Assembly: GCA_947457085.1 (NCBI GenBank)
Contig: CANGUS010000001.1
Location: 1 to 32,950, forward strand
Origin: Bacteroidota bacterium
GTDB taxonomy: Bacteria; Bacteroidota; Bacteroidia; Chitinophagales; Chitinophagaceae
DNA length: 32,950 nt
Direction of reading: 5' to 3'
The translations under genes and the position numbers were made by a program. This document shows, in pieces, positions 8,310 through 16,538 of this stretch. Below the pieces are notes generated by a model. That model had not been told where the DNA came from and searched no databases. It saw nothing but the letters and a program-made list of their open reading frames with translations. Every line of letters begins with the position of its first letter. Positions within the stretch are counted from its first letter, which is position 1.

Positions 8310-10214
8310 TTATTTTATTTTCTTTTCTAATATAACCGATTCCTTATATGCTTTATTTAGCATTTTGATAAAACCATTCCAAGCATTAAATTGTTCAGGC
8401 GGCATTAATAAATTGGGGAAATTTACATACAGTGTTTGATTGCAAATCAGTTGATTTTTTTCTAATTGGTAGTTGATTTCGAAACCAAAATTTTCATTTT
8501 TAAAAGAAGTGTTTTCTGGTTTGAAAGTTACTTTGTAATTTTCTGGAATCTCTAAAATATACGTTTTTGGGTTGTTTATATTTAAACTAAACGAGTAAGG
8601 AACTGTTCTATTTTCTTCAGTAATATGATTATTCATAAATACTTTTTCTAACAGTAGATTGATATATTTTTCATTGCCTACCTCTTTTACATAATCTTTA
8701 ATTGTGAAATCAAAGGTTGTTTTGGGTGTTTTATTTTCTTCTTTGGAAGTAAATGAATAGTTATTCAAAATCGCATTGTTGCTTATCGACTTTACAATAC
8801 CCTTTGCATTTTCTTCTTTTTCTTTTTCGGTTAAATAATGAATTTGATTGGCAAAATTACCTGCAAATGAACCACCCAATACTGACACCATATGAATTGC
8901 CACATCATTATTGTTTATATTTAAATGGCTTACTTCATTTATGGTATTTATTTTTGCCGTTACTACAGGAACCATTGCAAGCTCATAGGTGCTGTCTGTT
9001 AATCCTATCATAGCTTGTTTACCTTGAATTTCGTCTGTGGGCAAACCAAATAATCCGTTGGGATCAGTAGCATCTAAAAAAATCCATTCATTCCCATTTT
9101 TATAGGCTGCTATCATGTGGTTGTCGGTATTTTTTAAGGGCACTTCGCTGTAGGTATAGGGTATGCTTCTTGTGCCTATCCAGGTTAAATGGGCAGGAAT
9201 GTTGGAGGCTCTTAATAAAGCAAATTGTATACTGCTCATATCTTTGCAATCGCCATAACGCTTTGTGTAAATTGCTTCGGCTTCTCTCGGCACCAATCCT
9301 TCCATTCCATTTTCAAAGGCTACATATCGAATATTTGATTTTACCCAATTATAAATTTTTTCTACTTTTTGTATTTCCGATACACAACCTTTGGTGATTG
9401 AGTCGGCAAGGATTTTAATTTTTTCAGAGGCATTTTTATTAACGTCTTTGATGTTGTTTGCATACCATTGAAATAAATCATCGCTTGAGTTGGATATGTT
9501 TTTTTTAATACCATCGATGGTATAGTCATTTACTTTATATAAAATATGAGGCGTGTAGTAAAACAATGCAGGCGCATTTTCGTATGATTTTTCTGGTTCA
9601 ACCTGGTTTGCACTCCATTGGTGAATGGTGGTATTCTTTTTTTCTTGTTTGGTGTATGTGACAAAATTCGGTGGCATGTTCTTCTCGATAAAAGAAACAC
9701 TGACATTCGTAGGAATCGTCAATTTGTATTGCAAGGTTTCAATGGGTAAATAATATCGAAAGGTCATGGGATCTGTAAAGTGCAATTCATCGGTGGTCAT
9801 GGTGTATGAAATATAGGCTTCGGAGCCAACCGTTAAACCTAAAAAATCGATATCAACTTTTATTTGATCGCTGTAAAAAATAGAACCTCTACTGGCATTG
9901 CTTTTTTTGAAATCTTTCATTTCAATTTTATTAAACTTTCCATTCGATGTAGGGTTTTTGGTGTATACAGTTAGGTTTTCTAGTTTATCGAAATAAGAAT
10001 AATAGATTGGGTAACTGCGGTATAATTTCAATGAATTTTCATCATTGAATTTGAAGTTTATTTTATATTCTGTCTTACAAATGGGATGGTCATTTTTTAG
10101 TTCGATGCTTGTTTCTTGAGCATACAACATAATATATGCGCTGCTTTTATCCAATGCAGCTAATTGACTACAGCTTAACAACAACAAAATCAAAAAGATA
10201 TTTCCCATTTTCAT
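8310..10214 (-). CDS. DUF3857 + transglutaminase-like cysteine-protease-fold protein, probable lipoprotein
   Basis: 634 aa. Lipobox-like LLLLSC at the N-terminus. Transglutaminase-like core: YGDCKDMSS (Cys323, codon 9246-9248), DNHMIAAY (His366, 9117-9119), FLDATD (Asp381, 9072-9074). Confidence 0.85.
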   Translation of the reverse strand: MKMGNIFLILLLLSCSQLAALDKSSAYIMLYAQETSIELKNDHPICKTEYKINFKFNDENSLKLYRSYPIYYSYFDKLENLTVYTKNPTSNGKFNKIEMKDFKKSNASRGSIFYSDQIKVDIDFLGLTVGSEAYISYTMTTDELHFTDPMTFRYYLPIETLQYKLTIPTNVSVSFIEKNMPPNFVTYTKQEKKNTTIHQWSANQVEPEKSYENAPALFYYTPHILYKVNDYTIDGIKKNISNSSDDLFQWYANNIKDVNKNASEKIKILADSITKGCVSEIQKVEKIYNWVKSNIRYVAFENGMEGLVPREAEAIYTKRYGDCKDMSSIQFALLRASNIPAHLTWIGTRSIPYTYSEVPLKNTDNHMIAAYKNGNEWIFLDATDPNGLFGLPTDEIQGKQAMIGLTDSTYELAMVPVVTAKINTINEVSHLNINNNDVAIHMVSVLGGSFAGNFANQIHYLTEKEKEENAKGIVKSISNNAILNNYSFTSKEENKTPKTTFDFTIKDYVKEVGNEKYINLLLEKVFMNNHITEENRTVPYSFSLNINNPKTYILEIPENYKVTFKPENTSFKNENFGFEINYQLEKNQLICNQTLYVNFPNLLMPPEQFNAWNGFIKMLNKAYKESVILEKKIK

Positions 10215-10375
10215 AGCTACAAATTTGCATTAACTTTTTCTTGTTAGTCTAAGTGCATTTGCCAATATTATGTTATAATTTAAATATAGATCGCAGAAAG
10301 ACTATTTATTATTTATTTGAAGAAAAGCCATATGAATGCTTAAATTTACATGCTCAATCGCTTTTTACAAAACTT

Positions 10376-11260
10376 ATGTATCTTATTTTATATGCAATAT
10401 TCTATTTGTTTTCTTTACTGCCATTAAGAATACTCTATTGCTTGTCTGATATATTGTATTTTTTATTATACACGGTTTTTAAATACAGGGTTCGTGTGGT
10501 TCAATCTAATTTAAGCCATTCCTTTCCTGAGAAAACAGCAGAGGAGCGCTTACGAATTGAAAAGAAATACTATCATAATTTATGTGACAGCATTTTTGAA
10601 ACTATAAAAATGTTTTCTATTTCAAAAAAAGCACTCGATAAAAGAATAACATGTAACTGGGATGTATTTGATACAATGACTACTCAAAACCGAAATGGGC
10701 AGGCATTCATGTCTCATCAATTCAATTGGGAGTGGAGTACACTCATTTGCAATTGGCATGCACCCCGCCGATTTACAGGAATTTATTTACCCCTGACGAA
10801 CAAGGCTTTTGATCAAATATTTTATAAGATAAGAAGCAGGGCTGGCATGAAATTAATACCTGTTCAGCAAATGCAAAACGAAGTTGCAAAAGTTCAAAAT
10901 GAAGCAGTTTTATGGGGTTTTATAGCCGATCAAAATCCGAGCGATTCTAAACGCGTATCTTGGAACGATTTTTTTCATCGCAAAACCGCCTTTTTCAAAG
11001 GTCCTGAGTTTGTTGCACGGCGTTACAACAATTTGGTATATTTTGGAGAAATCGTAAAAATAAAAAGAGGCTATTATGAAATAAAAATGAAGTTGGCATT
11101 TGAGCATCCGAATCAAACAAAAGAAGGAGAAATCACAGAAGCCTATGTTCGTTATTTAGAGGAAAGTATTCAACGTCAACCTGAGAATTGGCTTTGGTCG
11201 CATCGAAGGTGGAAACATGTGTATCCCAACCAATCAAGCATCGAAAACATTCAAAAATAA
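10376..11260 (+). CDS. lipid A biosynthesis (Kdo)2-lipid IVA acyltransferase family protein (LpxL/HtrB-like)
   Basis: N-terminal membrane anchor (MYLILYAIFYLFSLLPLRILY) and the HQFNWE acyltransferase H(X)4E motif. The track ORF starts at GTG 10253, but the family normally begins at the anchor helix, so ATG 10376 is preferred. Confidence 0.75.
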   Translation: MYLILYAIFYLFSLLPLRILYCLSDILYFLLYTVFKYRVRVVQSNLSHSFPEKTAEERLRIEKKYYHNLCDSIFETIKMFSISKKALDKRITCNWDVFDTMTTQNRNGQAFMSHQFNWEWSTLICNWHAPRRFTGIYLPLTNKAFDQIFYKIRSRAGMKLIPVQQMQNEVAKVQNEAVLWGFIADQNPSDSKRVSWNDFFHRKTAFFKGPEFVARRYNNLVYFGEIVKIKRGYYEIKMKLAFEHPNQTKEGEITEAYVRYLEESIQRQPENWLWSHRRWKHVYPNQSSIENIQK

Positions 11261-11283
11261 AAAAAGGGTAATCGTACATAAAT

Positions 11284-11856
11284 ATGAAAATAGGCTTATA
11301 CTTCGGAAGTTTCAATCCAATTCATTTAGGACATTGCATCATTGCCAATCATGTATTGCATCATTGCGATGTTGAACGTATTTGGTTTGTGGTATCGCCC
11401 CAGAATCCTTTAAAAGAGAGCAGTGCGCTTTTAAATGAAAACCATCGTTTACACCTCGTGCAGTTGGCCATCGAAAACGAAACCAAGTTTAAAGCCAGCA
11501 ATATAGAATTTTCATTGCCTCGTCCGTCTTATACCATTGACACGCTTTCATATTTAGCCGATAAATATCCTCAACACGAATTTTCAATTATCATGGGAGG
11601 AGATAGTTTCCAGAATATTACGAAGTGGAAAAACTACGAGACCTTGCTTAAAAACCACAAAATTATTGTGTATAACCGACACGGTTTTACAATTGATTTG
11701 TCGCTCAGCAAAAACATTGAAGTGGTAAATGCTCCTTTGTTAGACATTTCATCGACCTATATTCGCAAACTCATTAAAGAAAAAAAATCGATTCGCTATC
11801 TTGTAAGCGATGAAGTAAGAAACGACATAAAAGCCAATGGTTTTTATAAAAAATAA
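11284..11856 (+). CDS. nadD: nicotinate-nucleotide adenylyltransferase
   Basis: 190 aa with GSFNPIHLGH (HxGH nucleotidyltransferase motif) and the C-terminal ISSTYIR motif. Confidence 0.9.
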   Translation: MKIGLYFGSFNPIHLGHCIIANHVLHHCDVERIWFVVSPQNPLKESSALLNENHRLHLVQLAIENETKFKASNIEFSLPRPSYTIDTLSYLADKYPQHEFSIIMGGDSFQNITKWKNYETLLKNHKIIVYNRHGFTIDLSLSKNIEVVNAPLLDISSTYIRKLIKEKKSIRYLVSDEVRNDIKANGFYKK

Positions 11857-11910
11857 ACACTGAATTTGATGAATTTCAGATCTAGGTTTTGAAAATCAAT
11901 AACGATTTTA

Positions 11911-12162
11911 AGTTGTGCAAGCAATGAAATAAGCCGTGCAAGCTATGCAACAGGCTGTGCAGACAATGAAAAGGACTTTGCAAACTATTTAATAGGCAGT
12001 GCAGGAAGTGAAAATGCCTATGCAGAAAGTACAAATGGCTGTGTAAGGTTTTTAAATAGCCATGCAGATTGCATTATTTGCTATGCAGAAAGATGTAGTT
12101 ACGGTGTAGCACTTGAAAATCATCATGCAGAAGATGGAAATCCTCATGCAAGGTTTGATTGG
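11911..12162. repeat. 12 x 21-bp strictly phased degenerate tandem repeat with invariant TG(C/T)A core
   Basis: The T of the core falls at 11916, 11937, 11958, 11979, 12000, 12021, 12042, 12063, 12084, 12105, 12126 and 12147, each exactly +21. There is no indel in any unit. Approximate consensus: rgcyrTGCArrannTgaaat. Confidence 0.85.
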
Positions 12163-12254
12163 GAGAGAACAAGCCGACCTGGAGGGATAGTACCAAACTA
12201 TTTTCCTTACAGAATATATGTCGCTTTCAAAACGTAAATAATGGCTTAAAGTCT

Positions 12255-12262
12255 TATATTTG
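12255..12262 (+). promoter_or_regulatory. Bacteroidota -7 promoter box (TATATTTG) for secA
   Basis: TATATTTG matches TAnnTTTG. It lies 110 nt upstream of the secA ATG, which would give a long 5' leader. Confidence 0.4.
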
Positions 12263-12372
12263 CGAACCTTTGTGCCAGCTTGTCATTAAAATGATATTAG
12301 CACACAATTTGAAATAAAAAACTAATTAAAATAACAATCGAAAACGATTCACAATATACTTAAACAAGAACT

Positions 12373-15300
12373 ATGTTAAATTTCATTAATAAATTATTTG
12401 GAGGCAGTAAGTCAGAAAAAGATGTAAAGAAGTTAGCTCCAGTTATCGACCAAATTAATCAACATTTTAATTCGTATCAATCGATTAGCAATGATGAGTT
12501 GAGGGGCAAAACGACTGATTTCAGAAACCGAATCAAGGAATATACCAAAGAGATTGCAGACAAAATTGCGGCTAAAAAAGAAGAAGCAGAAAATACTGTT
12601 GACATACATGTAAAAAATGATATTTTCAAAGAGATAGACCGTTTAATTAAAGACAAAGACAAGCAATTAGAAGAAGTTTTGTTGCAAATTTTACCTGAAG
12701 CATTTGCTACTGTAAAAGAAGCCTCTCGTCGTTTTTCAATCAATGACACATTGGTAAGTAAAGCAACCGATTTAGATCGAAACTTGGCGGTAAAAAAAGA
12801 CTATATTTCTGTTGAAGGCGATGAATGTACTTTCCAAACGACCTGGATGGCTGCAGGAGCGCCTGTTACATGGAACATGGTTCACTATGATGTGCAGTTG
12901 ATTGGAGGATATAATTTACATGAAGGAAAAATTTCTGAAATGGCAACAGGGGAAGGTAAAACCTTGGTTTCTACCTTGCCCTCATACTTAAACGGATTAG
13001 CTGGCGAAGGAGTGCATGTGGTAACGGTAAATGACTATTTGGCTCGACGAGATAGTGAGTGGAACGGAACTTTGTTTGAGTGGTTGGGCTTAACAGTAGA
13101 TTGCATCGACAAACATCAACCAAACTCAGAAGAGCGTAGAAATGCCTATTTGGCTGATATTACCTATGGTACCAACAATGAATTTGGTTTCGATTATTTA
13201 CGGGATAATATGGTGCATACCCCTGCAGAAATGGTACAACGTAAGTTGCATTTTGCCATGGTGGATGAGGTAGATAGTGTATTAATTGATGATGCACGTA
13301 CGCCCTTAATTATTTCGGGCCCGGTGCCTAAAGGCGATGATCAAGAGTTTCAAGTATTGAAACCAAGTATCGAAATTATAGTAGAAGCACAACGAAAAGT
13401 AGTAAACACCTTTTTGATTGAAGCTAAAAAATTAATTGCTGCAGGTAACGATGATAAAGAAGGCGGTGGTATGGCCTTGTTGAGAGCATACAGAGGATTG
13501 CCTAAAAACTCATCTACTATTAAGTTTTTGAGTGAAGTGGGGATTAAACAAATTTTACAAAAAACAGAAAATTACTATTTGGCTGATCAACAAAAAAACA
13601 TGCCGAAAGTAGATGCTGAATTGTATTTTACGATAGATGAAAAACAAAATCAAGTAGATTTAACAGAAAAGGGTATTCAATTGATGACGAGCACGGTGCA
13701 AGATGCTAATTTCTTTGTGATGCCAGATATTTCTACCGGTTTAGCTGCGATTGAAAATGCAACAGTTTCGACAGAAGAAAAATTAAAAATGAAAGATGCT
13801 TTCTTGCAAGAATACTCTTTGAAAGCAGATCGAATTCATACCATTCAACAATTATTGAAAGCCTACACTTTATTTGATAAAGACCAAGAATATGTGGTGA
13901 TGGATGGCAAAGTAAAAATTGTAGATGAGCAAACAGGTCGTATTTTAGATGGTCGTCGCTACAGCGATGGATTGCATCAGGCCTTGGAAGCAAAAGAAAA
14001 TGTAGATGTGGAAGCTTCTACACAAACCTTTGCTACGGTTACTTTACAGAACTTTTTTAGAATGTACCACAAGTTAGCGGGTATGACAGGAACGGCCGAA
14101 ACAGAAGCAGGAGAGTTTTGGCAAATTTATAAATTAGACGTAACAACGATTCCTACTAATCGTCCTATTACTCGTAAAGATGAAGACGATTTAGTATACA
14201 AAACCAAGCGTGAAAAATACCGAGCAGTTATTGAGGAAGTGAAAAAAATGCGTGAGCAAGGTCGTGCGGTTTTGGTGGGTACAACATCGGTTGAGGTGTC
14301 AGAATTATTGAGTAAAATGTTGACGTTTGATAAAGTACCACATAATGTATTGAATGCGAAACAACACTCTCGTGAGGCACAAGTAGTTGCTGAAGCAGGG
14401 ATGCAAGGAGCGGTAACGATAGCTACCAATATGGCTGGTCGTGGTACGGATATTAAATTAGCAGACTCGGTAAAAGCAGCAGGCGGATTGGCCATTATAG
14501 GTACAGAGCGTCATGAAAGTCGTCGGGTAGATAGACAACTTCGTGGACGTGCAGGTCGTCAGGGAGATCCAGGAAGTTCGGTGTTTTATGTTTCTTTGGA
14601 AGACGATTTAATGCGTTTATTTGGTAGTGAAAAACTATCAGGTTGGATGGATAAATTGGGTCATAAAGATGGGGATGTTATTCAACACGGTATGATTTCA
14701 AAATCCATTGAGCGTGCACAAAAGAAAGTAGAGGAAAATAACTTTGGTATACGTAAACGTTTATTAGAGTATGATGATGTAATGAACTCTCAGCGTGAAG
14801 TTATTTATTCTCGTCGTCGCAATGCCTTATTTGGAGAGCGTTTGGCGGTAGATTTAGACAATGCATTTTATGATAGTTGTAATTTAATAGCTTCTCAATT
14901 TGATACGAATAGAAACTACGAAGAATTTAAAATTGAAGTTTTAAGAGATTTTGCATTTGAGCCGAGTATTTCAGAACAAGATTTTTTAAAAATTCCTGCG
15001 CTTCAATTAACGGAAAAGTTATATCAAGAATTGCTTGATTTCTACGATCGTAAAAAAGCATTCATATGTGAAAATACGGTGCCGGTATTGAAAAATATTT
15101 ATCAGCAAAATGGCCAACGAATTGACAATATTGCTGTGCCGTTTACTGATGGTCACAGAGGGTTGCAAATAGTTGCTCCATTGAAAAAAAGTATAGACTC
15201 AGAAGGAAGAGATTTAATTCATTCATTAGAAAGACAAATTACTTTAAGTTTAATTGATGACGCATGGAAAACCCATTTACGTCAAATGGATGAGATGAAA

Positions 15301-15690
15301 CAAAGTGTGCAATTGGCTAGTTATGAGCAAAAAGATCCCTTATTGATTTATAAATTTGAGGCCTTCAATTTGTTTAAAGAAATGATTGCGATAACAAATA
15401 AACAAATCGTTTCATTCTTGATGCGCAGTGGAATACCAATGCAAGAAGAGCAAGATATTCAACAAGCAGAAGTAGCAAAAACAGATATGAGTCGCATGAT
15501 TTCTAATAAAGAAGAAATTGATGAAGCTGGGGATAGTTATGGAGCGAATAGCAGCGATTATTTTAGCAATTCAACATCCACTGCAGATGTTAAGGCAGAG
15601 CCAGTGCGTCGTTTAGAGCCTAAAATTGGTCGCAATGATTCATGTCCTTGTGGAAGCGGTAAAAAATTCAAAGCTTGTCATGGCAAATAA
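12373..15690 (+). CDS. secA: preprotein translocase ATPase SecA
   Basis: 1105 aa. Walker [15 protein letters not shown]-like [20 protein letters not shown], and the C-terminal zinc-binding tail [15 protein letters not shown]. Confidence 0.97.
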   Translation: MLNFINKLFGGSKSEKDVKKLAPVIDQINQHFNSYQSISNDELRGKTTDFRNRIKEYTKEIADKIAAKKEEAENTVDIHVKNDIFKEIDRLIKDKDKQLEEVLLQILPEAFATVKEASRRFSINDTLVSKATDLDRNLAVKKDYISVEGDECTFQTTWMAAGAPVTWNMVHYDVQLIGGYNLHEGKISEMATGEGKTLVSTLPSYLNGLAGEGVHVVTVNDYLARRDSEWNGTLFEWLGLTVDCIDKHQPNSEERRNAYLADITYGTNNEFGFDYLRDNMVHTPAEMVQRKLHFAMVDEVDSVLIDDARTPLIISGPVPKGDDQEFQVLKPSIEIIVEAQRKVVNTFLIEAKKLIAAGNDDKEGGGMALLRAYRGLPKNSSTIKFLSEVGIKQILQKTENYYLADQQKNMPKVDAELYFTIDEKQNQVDLTEKGIQLMTSTVQDANFFVMPDISTGLAAIENATVSTEEKLKMKDAFLQEYSLKADRIHTIQQLLKAYTLFDKDQEYVVMDGKVKIVDEQTGRILDGRRYSDGLHQALEAKENVDVEASTQTFATVTLQNFFRMYHKLAGMTGTAETEAGEFWQIYKLDVTTIPTNRPITRKDEDDLVYKTKREKYRAVIEEVKKMREQGRAVLVGTTSVEVSELLSKMLTFDKVPHNVLNAKQHSREAQVVAEAGMQGAVTIATNMAGRGTDIKLADSVKAAGGLAIIGTERHESRRVDRQLRGRAGRQGDPGSSVFYVSLEDDLMRLFGSEKLSGWMDKLGHKDGDVIQHGMISKSIERAQKKVEENNFGIRKRLLEYDDVMNSQREVIYSRRRNALFGERLAVDLDNAFYDSCNLIASQFDTNRNYEEFKIEVLRDFAFEPSISEQDFLKIPALQLTEKLYQELLDFYDRKKAFICENTVPVLKNIYQQNGQRIDNIAVPFTDGHRGLQIVAPLKKSIDSEGRDLIHSLERQITLSLIDDAWKTHLRQMDEMKQSVQLASYEQKDPLLIYKFEAFNLFKEMIAITNKQIVSFLMRSGIPMQEEQDIQQAEVAKTDMSRMISNKEEIDEAGDSYGANSSDYFSNSTSTADVKAEPVRRLEPKIGRNDSCPCGSGKKFKACHGK

Positions 15691-15712
15691 TGCTTTCAAC
15701 TAATACAATGTA

Positions 15713-15750
15713 AATGCTTAATGACTTATGCTCATTAAGCATTTTTTTTT
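15713..15750 (+). terminator. rho-independent terminator after secA
   Basis: Perfect 12-bp stem AATGCTTAATGA (15713-15724) / TCATTAAGCATT (15732-15743) with a 7-nt loop, followed by a T-run to 15750. Confidence 0.85.
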
Positions 15751-15842
15751 GGGAGAAGAATGAATATGAATCGCAGAAATAGACAGTTATTAAACATAGG
15801 GTTCAATAATAAAAATTGATAGTAAATAACATAAAATAAACA

Positions 15843-15874
15843 ATGGAAACTTTTAGTGTATTAAAAGTTTCCAT
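15843..15874. promoter_or_regulatory. perfect 12+12 bp palindrome, candidate TetR operator
   Basis: ATGGAAACTTTT (15843-15854), 8-nt spacer, AAAAGTTTCCAT (15863-15874). The right arm abuts and overlaps the first base of the tetR -7 box. Confidence 0.55.
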
Positions 15875-15881
15875 AGTTTTG
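15874..15881 (+). promoter_or_regulatory. Bacteroidota -7 promoter box (TAGTTTTG) for the tetR-efflux operon
   Basis: TAGTTTTG-cctc-GTG, 4 nt before the GTG start at 15886. Confidence 0.5.
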
Positions 15882-15885
15882 CCTC

Positions 15886-16536
15886 GTGATTGAACAAAAA
15901 CAACATATTATTAAAGCGTCCTATAATCAGTTTAGGCAGTTAGGCTTTAAAAATGTGACCATGGACGACTTGGCTCGTCAGATAGGCATTTCTAAAAAGA
16001 CACTGTATGAGCAGTTTGAAAATAAAGATGCGTTGGTGTTAGAATCTGTCAAATACATGTTAGAAACCAATCGATCGGAAACAGACGCTGCACTCAAATC
16101 ATCAAAAAATGCGATTGAGCAGCTAATCAATGTAATCACGATTATGGAAAAAATGTTGCGCGGTTTAAACATGGTTAGCTACATGGATTTGCAACGATAC
16201 TATCCAGCGGCTTATCAATATTTAGAAACGTTTAAGCGAGAACATATGCTGACTGATATTATAGAAAATTTAAAACAGGGTATTGCAGAAGGATTGTATA
16301 GAAGTGATGTAAATGTAGAAGTGGTTTCTCGTTTTAGATTAGAGTCTGGGATGATTGTGTTTCACAATAATGTGTATCCTCAAGATAAATTTAATATCAT
16401 AGAAGTTAATAATGAATTATTTGTGCATTATATGTATGGCATAGCCACGATTAAAGGGCATAAAATGATCAATAAATATTTGAATAAAGAAACTGAAAAA
16501 TGTTATATCCCTAATTTGTTTAAAGTTAAATATTAA
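15886..16536 (+). CDS. TetR/AcrR family transcriptional regulator
   Basis: 216 aa with the N-terminal HTH region FRQLGFKNVTMDDLARQIGISKKTLYEQFENKDALV. GTG start; the next in-frame ATG would truncate the HTH. Confidence 0.9.
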   Translation: MIEQKQHIIKASYNQFRQLGFKNVTMDDLARQIGISKKTLYEQFENKDALVLESVKYMLETNRSETDAALKSSKNAIEQLINVITIMEKMLRGLNMVSYMDLQRYYPAAYQYLETFKREHMLTDIIENLKQGIAEGLYRSDVNVEVVSRFRLESGMIVFHNNVYPQDKFNIIEVNNELFVHYMYGIATIKGHKMINKYLNKETEKCYIPNLFKVKY

Positions 16537-16538
16537 GT

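Noticed and set aside
11890-11892. The in-frame TGA between ATG 11869 and the 114-codon open frame could be a selenocysteine or reassigned codon. A small AAAATC/GATTTT hairpin (11893-11909) follows it.
   Set aside because: TGA is a genuine stop elsewhere in the window: OmpA paralog 1 ends at TGA 25511-25513, exactly where its paralog ends with TAA. The hairpin is a 6-bp AU stem with none of the bacterial SECIS features. The glutathione peroxidase here is a Cys type, and no Sec machinery is visible.
11911-12162. CRISPR array.
   Set aside because: A 21-bp period leaves no room for repeat plus spacer, the units are degenerate copies of one another, and no cas genes are present.
11893-12372. A SecM/MifM/VemP-like translation-arrest 'monitoring substrate' ORF upstream of secA. 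The tail contains RPGG, vaguely reminiscent of arrest motifs.
   Set aside because: The frame has no canonical start codon and no signal peptide or TM segment. A predicted secA promoter box (12255-12262) lies between its stop and secA. The downstream leader forms only weak 4-5 bp stems that do not cover the secA start.
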